Shown here in pieces: positions 9,668 through 16,609 of a DNA stretch of 64,000 bases. Source of the stretch: an uncultured Gammaproteobacteria bacterium (GTDB lineage Bacteria; Pseudomonadota; Gammaproteobacteria; Steroidobacterales; Woeseiaceae); contig CAVOSO010000005.1 in assembly GCA_963698895.1 (NCBI GenBank), positions 6,381-70,380 of the forward strand, read 5' to 3'. Positions within the stretch are counted from its first letter, which is position 1. The number at the start of each line of letters is the position of its first letter. Under the pieces are notes generated by a model. It made no database searches and was not told the DNA's origin. It saw only the letters and a list, made by a program, of their open reading frames with translations. A program made the position numbers and the translations under genes.

Positions 9668-9683
9668 ACCAATGCCTCCAGAT

Positions 9684-10490
9684 TTACACGGTGACAACGT
9701 CACCAGCCCCGAGAATTCTGCATTTCTTCCCGAGCGCCTCTACGTCGCGTTTAAATCTTGCGTCATCCGCAACCGCAAACTTCTTCTTCCAGAGAAACGG
9801 AACACTGTAGTGACAGGGAATGACCAGTTCCGGATCGATCAGCTCGACCGCCTTGCAATTGCGTCGTCGACATCCATCGTCCAGGTGTTCCGGCCAATAC
9901 CCCCGATCGGGAGCATTAGCACAGTCGGCCTGAGGCCCTCCCAATCGGCCAGGAGCAGTGAGTCACCCAGATTCAGTATCGATTTGTTCCCGATTGTGAT
10001 CTTGAAAGCCATCGAACCGAGGCCAACGCGTTCGTCCGGACCGGGCTCCTGTCTGAACGTGAATCCAAGCAGTGGCACAGCGATGGGCCCGTGCACTGAT
10101 TTGACTGCCTCGATAGTGACGCCATCGAGCTCAATGGACTCGCCAACGTCGAGCGGGTGAAGGTTGTCAAACGGGACCCAGGACGAAAGCCCCCGACCAC
10201 GCGGATCGACAACGAGCGTTTGCTCCATTCTGAACCCTCGTCAGACCGATACCGCACACGACGTGGGCGCCCGACGCGGCGGCAACACGGTCCGACTGCC
10301 AGTGATGATCAGGATCACCGTGCGTGATGACGATATGAGTAACGGTCGGCCACTCTTCTTGCGGGACCAGACTCCTGAGGTCAAAGATCCAGAGATTCTG
10401 GCCGGGATCGATGACGACTCTTGCCTCACCCTCTTCGACCAGAAATGCGTTGTACAGGTAATGAGTGATTTTCACTGCCATTACCCCCAT
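9684..10490 (-). pseudogene. MBL-fold metallo-hydrolase split into three frames
   Basis: ORF 10167..10490 carries VTHIVITHGDPDHH (HxHxDH). ORFs 9839..10228 and 9684..9944 continue the protein (LMLPIGG..., VIPCHY...). It ends 17 nt before the oxidoreductase pseudogene start, which suggests a former operon. Confidence 0.75.
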
Positions 10491-10740
10491 CGCTATTCTC
10501 GGCTATCGCCGGAATCCGTCAATTATGGGTTCTACTGACGGCGGCGAGTCAAACGACAAAGCGGAGCCAGCTGCTAGGGATTTCGCCCGCTAATCCGTCG
10601 CCCCTGATCAAACTTCTGTTTTGTGGTTTGGGCAAGTTTCGGTTGCAACAATCAAGACACTCAGGCGGCTCTATTAGAAAAGCTTTCAGTCACTCGCAAC
10701 GTCGAGGTCTAACCCAATCTTGCCCCCTGCCCCATCTGGC

Positions 10741-10812
10741 AGACTTTAACTATTGCCGAAATCTTGGCGCCCTGCCCCACCTAAGGGAAAAGAACCGGCC
10801 AATACTTGCCGC
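10741..10812 (+). repeat. intergenic repeat family copy 4 (TTTAACTATTGCCGAAATCTTGGCGCCCTGCCCC...)
   Basis: Same TTAAC-N11-TCTTGGCGCCCTGC spacing as copy 2. Lies about 140 nt left of the IS left inverted repeat. Confidence 0.55.
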
Positions 10813-10950
10813 TCGAGCTCCCTGATTGCTTCCCAGAGCTTGCCGCTCACGAATGGCTGCTTTCGGCGAATGGCGAGGTCCGCTTTACCCTCAATACCAG
10901 CCGCTCAAACGGCCGCTTTCGGGGTATCATGGATGTCTGCAAATGACCCT

Positions 10951-12277
10951 ATGTATGGACTCCTCCAACCTAATTTCTTAGGTTGGAAGGTCGACCAAAA
11001 CCCAAGGGAGTCCATACATGTCATATTCAACTACAGTTGGCGTCGACCTTGCAAAGAACGTGATCCAGATCTCGGTCGTTTCGAGCCGAGGCAAAGAGCT
11101 TTGCAACCGTTCACTCACGCGCAAGAAGTTCGCGGAGTTCCTGGGTAAACAGAAGCGATCGCTTGTTGCTTTTGAGTCGTGTGCGACATCGCACTACTGG
11201 GCCCGTGCCGCAGAGCGACACGGGCACGAAGCGCGCATCATCCCGGCCAAGGCCGTGGCACCGTTCCGGCAAGGCCACAAGACCGACAGCAACGACGCCC
11301 TGGCCGTAGCCGAGGCCGCTCGCCGGCCGAACATCAAGGAAGCACCGATGAAGACGGTGGAGCAGCAAGGTCTTCAAGCCATCCACCGATCGCGTGAGTT
11401 ACTGATCCAGGAGAGCACCGCATTGTCTAACCACGTGCGCAGCCTGCTGATGGAGTTCGGTATCGTTATCAAGAGGGGCTTTGCGTCGCTTCTGCGGGCA
11501 GTGCCCGAGATCCTCGAGGATGGGGAGAACGAACTGCCCGACCTGTACCGTCCGACGCTGCATCGCATGTACACCCGGTTGTTGGAGCTGCGTGAAGACA
11601 TCGAGGCGATGACCGGGGAAGTCGAGCGCCTGGCCAAGGCTCACCCGATCTGCAGCAAGCTGATGGCACTGGAGGGTATCGGCCCGAGTCGGTGCGTTGC
11701 TGCTGTACGCCACCATGGGTTCCGGGACCGCGTTCAGCAGCGGTCGCGAGTTCGCCGCCTACCTGGGTCTGGCACCGAAGCAGTACAGCAGTGGCGGCAA
11801 GACCACCATCGTGGGCTTGAGCAAGAAGATCGGCAACAGCCGACTGCGATCGGTGCTGATCCTGGGTGCTCGTGCCTACGTGTACAAACTCAAGGAGCCC
11901 AAGAGCTCGAAGGACCGCTGGCTGAAGGCGATTATCGAACGCAACGGCGAGAGTCGCGCGGCGATTGCCCTGGCCAACAAGAACGTCAGAACCGCCTGGG
12001 CTATGGTGACCCAGGGAACAGAATATCAACGTCGAGAGCAACTGGCGATGGCTGCCTAGAACGTCCTGCAAACAGAGACCACGTATCAGATAGAGATATC
12101 TGCTCCGGTGAAACCTATACCGCTTTGAGGCCGTAGAGCCCATTGACCCTTAGAGGAGCCGGAGTGCGCATACATAGTGGGCCAGGAGATAGCGTCTCCA
12201 CCAAAAGGCCAGATATACATACGCGTCCTAATTCTGATCGAGGAAACTGTTTGCTAGACTGGAGGAGTCCATATACA
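10951..12277 (+). mobile_element. IS110-family insertion sequence (IS1111-like layout: short left end, ~220-nt right non-coding end); boundaries approximate
   Basis: Inverted repeats ATGTATGGACTCCTCCA (10951-10967) and TGGAGGAGTCCATATACA (12260-12277). A third copy of GGAGTCCATACAT abuts the start codon. The element encloses the DEDD-type transposase reading frames. Confidence 0.65.
11018..12059 (+). pseudogene. IS110-family transposase with one frameshift near 11685-11695
   Basis: The N-terminal RuvC-like part is VGVDLAKNVIQISVV...FESCATSHYWAR...KTDSNDALAVAEA in ORF 11018... The C-terminal part is GALLLYATMGSG...REFAAYLGLAPKQYSSGGK...ALANKNVRTAWAM in ORF 11697..12059, in another frame. The junction lies at ALEGIGP. 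Confidence 0.85.
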
Positions 12278-12291
12278 AAGCGGACTCCAGT

Positions 12292-12708
12292 TCACTGCTT
12301 CACAGCACTCCAGAACGACAAGAAGTTCCTTCCGGTTGAGTTCGATAGACCTTCTAGTTTGTTGTCTTCGAGCACCGCGGAGTGATTATAGGCACCGGAG
12401 CCGTCGGCAGTGACGAAAGCAATACGTAGCTTTCCCCAGTCTGTGTTGATACGTGCCTGGGAAATCGTAGTGTCATAGAAAGTGCCCTCAAAAGAACGCT
12501 CTCGCACTGATGTCACAACAAACTCTTTGTAGTAAGGCTCGGAATCCGGCGTAGGCCGCAGGTCAACTCTCCACGTTCCGAGCAAGATGTCCGGAGCTAC
12601 AGGCTGTCGCGGTGATTCGTTCAATGCACACGCGCTGAGGCAAGAACATATCAGAAATGCCAAGAGTGATTTTGCGTGCCATGCCGAGAGAAACTTGAGA
12701 TTTTTCAT
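12292..12708 (-). CDS. small lipoprotein, unknown function
   Basis: The internal ATG at 12708 gives MKNLKFLSAWHAKSLLAFLICSCLSACA, a signal peptide plus lipobox Cys. Confidence 0.6.
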   Translation of the reverse strand: MKNLKFLSAWHAKSLLAFLICSCLSACALNESPRQPVAPDILLGTWRVDLRPTPDSEPYYKEFVVTSVRERSFEGTFYDTTISQARINTDWGKLRIAFVTADGSGAYNHSAVLEDNKLEGLSNSTGRNFLSFWSAVKQ

Positions 12709-12821
12709 GCGATTTCTTCTTTGATGCTGGATGCCGAAGGCAACAATACTGTGGGCCACTAACAATGAAAAGAATCACCTTTCACGATAGCCCTTCTAGG
12801 TGGTTCGCGGAGTCCCCTCTT

Positions 12822-12930
12822 GGCCGACCGCGGTAGTTCGCCAGGAGCATGAATGAGCGGCTGGTTTACCTCGCACTCCAGCCGGTCAAGTTTTCTGCGG
12901 TATGATGGGTGCTGATGACCCAAAGCAGCC
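12822..12930 (-). repeat. conserved ~110-nt module, copy A (part of micro-ORF 12759..12941)
   Basis: Aligns with 16267-16376 and 22711-22820. Central hairpin CGGCTGG/CCAGCCG. On the minus strand it reads HQHPSYRRKLDRLECEVNQPLIHAPGE. Confidence 0.6.
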
Positions 12931-12935
12931 ATTAA

Positions 12936-12976
12936 GTACATCCCAGAATTGACGGGTAATTCCTACCTGCCAAGAT
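12936..12976 (+). promoter_or_regulatory. promoter box A: GTACATCCCAGAATTGAC(G)-16 nt-CAAGAT
   Basis: The 18-nt box is identical to copies C and D. It holds a TTGACG -35-like hexamer and a -10-like xAxxAT at 16-nt spacing. The riboswitch-like leader begins about 10 nt later. Confidence 0.5.
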
Positions 12977-12983
12977 CATCAAT

Positions 12984-13095
12984 CGATAAAGGCAAACCTG
13001 AAAAAGTCAGGGACGCAATACCACGGGCCCTCGGTTTCTTTGAAAAGCCATCGATCACTTCTCGAAGGATCCAAGACCGCGGCGCCTCGGGATGG
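12984..13095 (+). promoter_or_regulatory. GEMM-I (c-di-GMP-I) riboswitch-like leader, copy A (divergent, possibly degenerate)
   Basis: AAAGGCAAACCTGAaaaagTCAGGGACGCAATACCACGGGCCC matches the 5' half of the GEMM-I signature. The ACGCAAAGC box reads ACGCAATAC, and the 3' GCCGGGCTGCC strand is replaced by CCGCGGCGCCTCGG. Confidence 0.45.
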
Positions 13096-13444
13096 TCTAG
13101 AAATCGATTCGGGAGTCCGAAATTGAAGGGCCCCAGCGCAGATATTGCCTGGCTTCCTACGGAACCCAGCGACCGTTGTCAATCTATCCGACGGGAATTT
13201 TGCATGTGACGAGCACTGGTCACGAATGGTATCCCTGGAGCGTCAGGGAAATAGAACGAAACTCAAACGTGATACATAAGGCGGCTTGTCGTTTTGACAC
13301 GACCCATGACAATGACATGACTCGAGTGGACTGCAATCAAATAGACTTCAACCCGGATGTCGCCGTTTTCTTGAACTGACTGGAGGCGTGAAGATATTTG
13401 TTGAGGGATTACTTTCGAGGATTGTAGTGTAGGAGTTTTTGCCA

Positions 13445-13939
13445 ATGAGGAAAAAAATACTACATAGCCTAACTCTCCTAGGTATGTTGTCTTTATATGG
13501 ATGCAGTGCAGCTCAATTAGCAAGTATAAGCGAGGCATTTGATTGTGCTGACCCCCTTTCCATCGATTGCTCTGTCTCAAGACAAAGAGCAAATGAGGAA
13601 AGGCGAAAGGCAGATGAATATAGGCGCGAACAAGAACGGTATGAACGCGAATACGCAGAGTATCTGGATTGCCTTAACAGACGAGAGGAAGCTAAGGTTT
13701 GGGAAGCGGAAGCTGAAGAAGCTGAACATGATTATGAAAGATGGCGGTTAGAGCAAAAATATCTTGAGGACGGTGTTCTGGATGAGTTAGAGCAAGCGGC
13801 TCTTAAGGAAGAAATTCGAGTTCTAACCGAGCTTAGAGAATTTCAAGCTAAGCGCTCGAAGGTATGGCAAGAAAAATATTTGGAAGATACTAGTTGTTAT
13901 AAGCCCTACAGACCCATTGAGCCCTACTACTCATACTAG
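13445..13939 (+). CDS. lipoprotein with highly charged coiled-coil-like region
   Basis: AGGAG lies 9 nt before the ATG at 13445. MRKKILHSLTLLGMLSLYGCS is a lipobox. A long E/R/K-rich segment follows (RRKADEYRREQERYEREYAEY...). The local DNA is AT-rich. Confidence 0.6.
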   Translation: MRKKILHSLTLLGMLSLYGCSAAQLASISEAFDCADPLSIDCSVSRQRANEERRKADEYRREQERYEREYAEYLDCLNRREEAKVWEAEAEEAEHDYERWRLEQKYLEDGVLDELEQAALKEEIRVLTELREFQAKRSKVWQEKYLEDTSCYKPYRPIEPYYSY

Positions 13940-14126
13940 TAGATGTTTGTAAGAACTCTGCCATTCATGAGCCGCCGAGTTTCCAGTCATCGTATCGCAG
14001 TTGTTTGCGCATCGGCCGCTTATGAATTGTTGGGAAATTGACATGCGATAAGTCCGGATCGAACATGCGCGACGCGTAGCAATCAGAATCGGGGCACGAT
14101 CGGATGGCTACTACTCGCATATATAC

Positions 14127-14522
14127 TCACTCACTGCATAGGTACTTCTCTCCTGCCCGCGTATTACCTTTCCGCCACATTGTAACGAATTTATGTTTGG
14201 GGTTCGATGAAACCGCCACCGCGGCGTCTTCATCCGATTCTTGCGCATCATCATGAACTGTCGGACTGCTCGAATAGCTTCCATTTTCCAGCCCTGATTT
14301 TGATTTCCAATGGGTACAGTACTTCTGTTGATAAGCTTCCTGTTTCCAACTTGAACAATGGCCATTGGAGCCACTGCTCGCGCACACTTGTCGATACGCC
14401 GTCCGATATGACCATCCGGTGCAGTTTTCGTCGTAAGCGATCAGAGCTCCACACCCCGACACGAATAAGACGGGGCCCGTAGCGAGCGTAAGCACCGCAC
14501 CTACAGTGGCTGTCCTGCACAT
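14127..14522 (-). CDS. small Cys-rich lipoprotein, unknown function
   Basis: ATG at 14522 preceded by AAGGGGTGA. MCRTATVGAVLTLATGPVLFVSGCG is a lipobox. Confidence 0.6.
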   Translation of the reverse strand: MCRTATVGAVLTLATGPVLFVSGCGALIAYDENCTGWSYRTAYRQVCASSGSNGHCSSWKQEAYQQKYCTHWKSKSGLENGSYSSSPTVHDDAQESDEDAAVAVSSNPKHKFVTMWRKGNTRAGEKYLCSE

Positions 14523-14684
14523 GTTCTTCACCCCTTGAGAAACAACAAATTGTGCTCTATCCAACGGTGATTGCCACAGTCGATTTTGGGATTTACTTAT
14601 CGTCCGATCTTGGTGGTTGGCTGAACGTCACCATTTCCCAAACAAGAAGTTCAGCTGGCTGATATTCGAAAAAGCGGACGTTAC

Positions 14685-14725
14685 GTAGATCCCAGAATTG
14701 ACTGACTCTTTCGCAGGCGCACAAT
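14685..14725 (+). promoter_or_regulatory. promoter box B: GTAGATCCCAGAATTGAC(T)-17 nt-CACAAT
   Basis: One mismatch to the 18-nt box. The mismatch destroys the minus-strand ATG present in copies A, C and D. Same geometry relative to riboswitch B. Confidence 0.5.
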
Positions 14726-14727
14726 AG

Positions 14728-14830
14728 CTCTAATAAAGGCAAGTCTGACCAGAGTCAGTTACGCAAAGCTACGGGGCCTCGTCTCCTTCGGGCCGTCTCC
14801 AAAGGATTCAAGATCGCCGGGCTGCCACCC
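14728..14830 (+). promoter_or_regulatory. GEMM-I (c-di-GMP-I) riboswitch-like leader, copy B
   Basis: AAAGGCAAGTCTGACcagaGTCAGTTACGCAAAGCTACGGGGCC...CAAGATCGCCGGGCTGCC. It ends about 15 nt before the SD (GGAG at 14846) of ORF 14857. UCUCC motifs inside the second arm are complementary to that SD. Confidence 0.75.
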
Positions 14831-14856
14831 AATTACCTGAAGTGCGGAGAAGGAGA

Positions 14857-15231
14857 ATGACAAATCTGCGAATTGAAGATTGGCAGCTTGGCCAGGCCGC
14901 TTTTTTATTACGACCCCTGGTCATACTGTGTGTTGTCGTCGCATTGCTCTGTATTCCGACCGGAAATACTTGGGCGGATGCTAAAGAAAAGTGGAATGTC
15001 GATATTGGACGCGTTGGCTCAGAATCAGCCTCAATGTGTTTTGTTAGCCTGCCAAGTGCGAACACTGGCTGCGCTAGCGATATCGTCTTCTGCAGAGATG
15101 GCGACAATTGTAAGTCAATGTGCACGACACTCCTATCAGTAAAGCTAGCCGGCAGGCGCCTAACGCGCATCAGATATGATCTCAACACGACGAACCAGTT
15201 GTGCCTATTGACAGGGATAATGTTTGAGTAA
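14857..15231 (+). CDS. small secreted Cys-rich protein, unknown function
   Basis: GGAG lies 7 nt upstream of the ATG at 14857. MTNLRIEDWQLGQAAFLLRPLVILCVVVALLCIPTGNTWA has signal-peptide character. The predicted mature part contains six cysteines. Confidence 0.5.
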   Translation: MTNLRIEDWQLGQAAFLLRPLVILCVVVALLCIPTGNTWADAKEKWNVDIGRVGSESASMCFVSLPSANTGCASDIVFCRDGDNCKSMCTTLLSVKLAGRRLTRIRYDLNTTNQLCLLTGIMFE

Positions 15232-15280
15232 ATTGTGCTCAAAGGGCATTAGTTGCAAGTCGAGTTTTCCGAGAAATATC

Positions 15281-16132
15281 ATGCGCCAACGTAATGCTGT
15301 TGCCATACGATCCGTGTTCATAACACTATCCGCAATAGTTGTCATTTGCGGTTTCGTAACGGCCGCGGCAGCGCAAGACGAGGGATCTGTAAGAAGAACG
15401 GCATTCATAGTCAATGTTCATGGTTGGCAGTTTGAGAATGCTGGTTTTCGTTTATGTGAAACAGCGGAATGCGTTGTCGAACATGGAGGGGCACTTATAC
15501 CGGCCCAATTCCTGTCAACTACGTATCCCTGGGCCCTATGCGGTGGGATGTCTCTTAGCGCACTAAGAAGGTTCCGTGAGGCTCGACCAGTCGAACAGCT
15601 TTCTTATGAAGTGAAGGATGAACTTAGAAATGCCCAGGTAGAGACTGTGAATGTTAGTACGAATACTTTTTGGAGATACACCAGTCGACTAGCGCGTGTC
15701 AGACCCACTCTTGGACAGAGTACGAATCAGTACTGGCAGATCGTGAAACAGTCCATTGACAAGGGCGAGCCAATTATTCTTGGTTTGATCTATGCACGAT
15801 CAAGATTGCCCCACGATGTCTTCAAGAATCATCAGGTTCTGGCGATTGGATACGAAACAAGAGGAACGGAACGTCCAATCTCGATTATTGTGTACGATCC
15901 GAATTTCCCAGCAGAGGAATCGCGCATAGAGCTCCTCTTAGAGGAACAGCCGGGGAATTTCGCACATATTGCCAAGGTGCGGAAGTATAAGAGCCATGGG
16001 GTTTCAACAGAACATAGACGATGTGTTGGCTGTACCGACGAAATCTTTGGGTTCTTCCCAATTCCTATTGGAACTGGGCCAACAATCGTATTGCCTGTAT
16101 GGCACGTCCCAGCCTTGTCACTGATGATGTGA
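15281..16132 (+). CDS. secreted protein with possible papain-like Cys/His/Asp arrangement
   Basis: The ATG at 15281 gives the signal peptide MRQRNAVAIRSVFITLSAIVVICGFVTAAAAQ. Ordered candidates for a Cys-His-Asp/Asn triad are WALCGGMSLSAL, NHQVLAIGYE and IIVYDPNFP. The fold call is inference only. Confidence 0.55.
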   Translation: MRQRNAVAIRSVFITLSAIVVICGFVTAAAAQDEGSVRRTAFIVNVHGWQFENAGFRLCETAECVVEHGGALIPAQFLSTTYPWALCGGMSLSALRRFREARPVEQLSYEVKDELRNAQVETVNVSTNTFWRYTSRLARVRPTLGQSTNQYWQIVKQSIDKGEPIILGLIYARSRLPHDVFKNHQVLAIGYETRGTERPISIIVYDPNFPAEESRIELLLEEQPGNFAHIAKVRKYKSHGVSTEHRRCVGCTDEIFGFFPIPIGTGPTIVLPVWHVPALSLMM

Positions 16133-16266
16133 AGTAAGATACGACAAATTTACGTCCTGCGAGCAAGTGAATCCCCATTGTAGCCGTAGAGTTTTCTGTT
16201 GTGGTCATCGACCGTCCAGGTGGGGTAGTCCTAACTCATTATTGCCACTCTCGAACGACAGCTAAT

Positions 16267-16376
16267 GGCCCGTTCTGAGACGTTCACCAGGAAGCTGACC
16301 GAGCGGCTGCTTCACGCTGTATAGCAGCCGGTCAAGTAATTTACGGTAATATGACGGCTTGTGAACCACAGCAGCG
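16267..16376 (-). repeat. conserved ~110-nt module, copy C (part of micro-ORF ending at 16262)
   Basis: Central hairpin GGCTGCT/AGCAGCC. On the minus strand it reads HKPSYYRKLLDRLLYSVKQPLGQLPGERLRTGH then a stop. Confidence 0.6.
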
Positions 16377-16411
16377 ATTCGCCAATCGAGCTTCGACGGC
16401 TTCGAATTTAA

Positions 16412-16452
16412 GTACATCCCAGAATTGACAATCTCCTGGGGATTGCTAGAAC
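16412..16452 (+). promoter_or_regulatory. promoter box C: GTACATCCCAGAATTGAC(A)-16 nt-TAGAAC
   Basis: Exact 18-nt box. TTGACA -35 and TAGAAC -10-like hexamer. Riboswitch C starts just downstream. Confidence 0.55.
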
Positions 16453-16457
16453 CTGCT

Positions 16458-16570
16458 GTTGACAAAGGCAAATCTAGCCAAAGCTAGAGACGCAAAGCCA
16501 CGGGTCCTCGCGTACTCCGCTACGCCTCCTGCGACGCGGCGAAGAACCCCAAGATCGCCGGGCTTCCGAG
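16458..16570 (+). promoter_or_regulatory. GEMM-I (c-di-GMP-I) riboswitch-like leader, copy C
   Basis: AAAGGCAAATCTAGCcaaaGCTAGAGACGCAAAGCCACGGGTCC...CAAGATCGCCGGGCTTCC. It ends about 27 nt before GAGGAG (16598-16603) and the GTG start at 16610. Confidence 0.75.
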
Positions 16571-16609
16571 TTTTCCAATCAGACCATCGGACTAGATGAG
16601 GAGCGGGTC

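Noticed and set aside
11680-11700. Programmed ribosomal frameshift in the IS110-family transposase
   Set aside because: IS110-family transposases are normally single ORFs. There is no slippery heptamer (A AAA AAG-type) at the junction. The second copy reads GIGPIGAL straight through in one frame.
13176-13379. 67-aa TTG-initiated ORF between riboswitch copy A and the lipoprotein gene
   Set aside because: It has no SD, an unusual start codon and no signal peptide or motif. It is probably non-coding leader sequence.
12822-16376. Integron gene-cassette array with attC sites (also considered for the repeats at 5383-10812)
   Set aside because: The imperfect hairpins with bulges looked attC-like, but no RYYYAAC / GTTRRRY core pair bounds them. 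The gene orientations are mixed. The only recombinase is a small (about 200 aa) non-IntI-type integrase on the same strand. The 12.8-16.4 kb modules are better explained as promoter, micro-ORF and riboswitch units.
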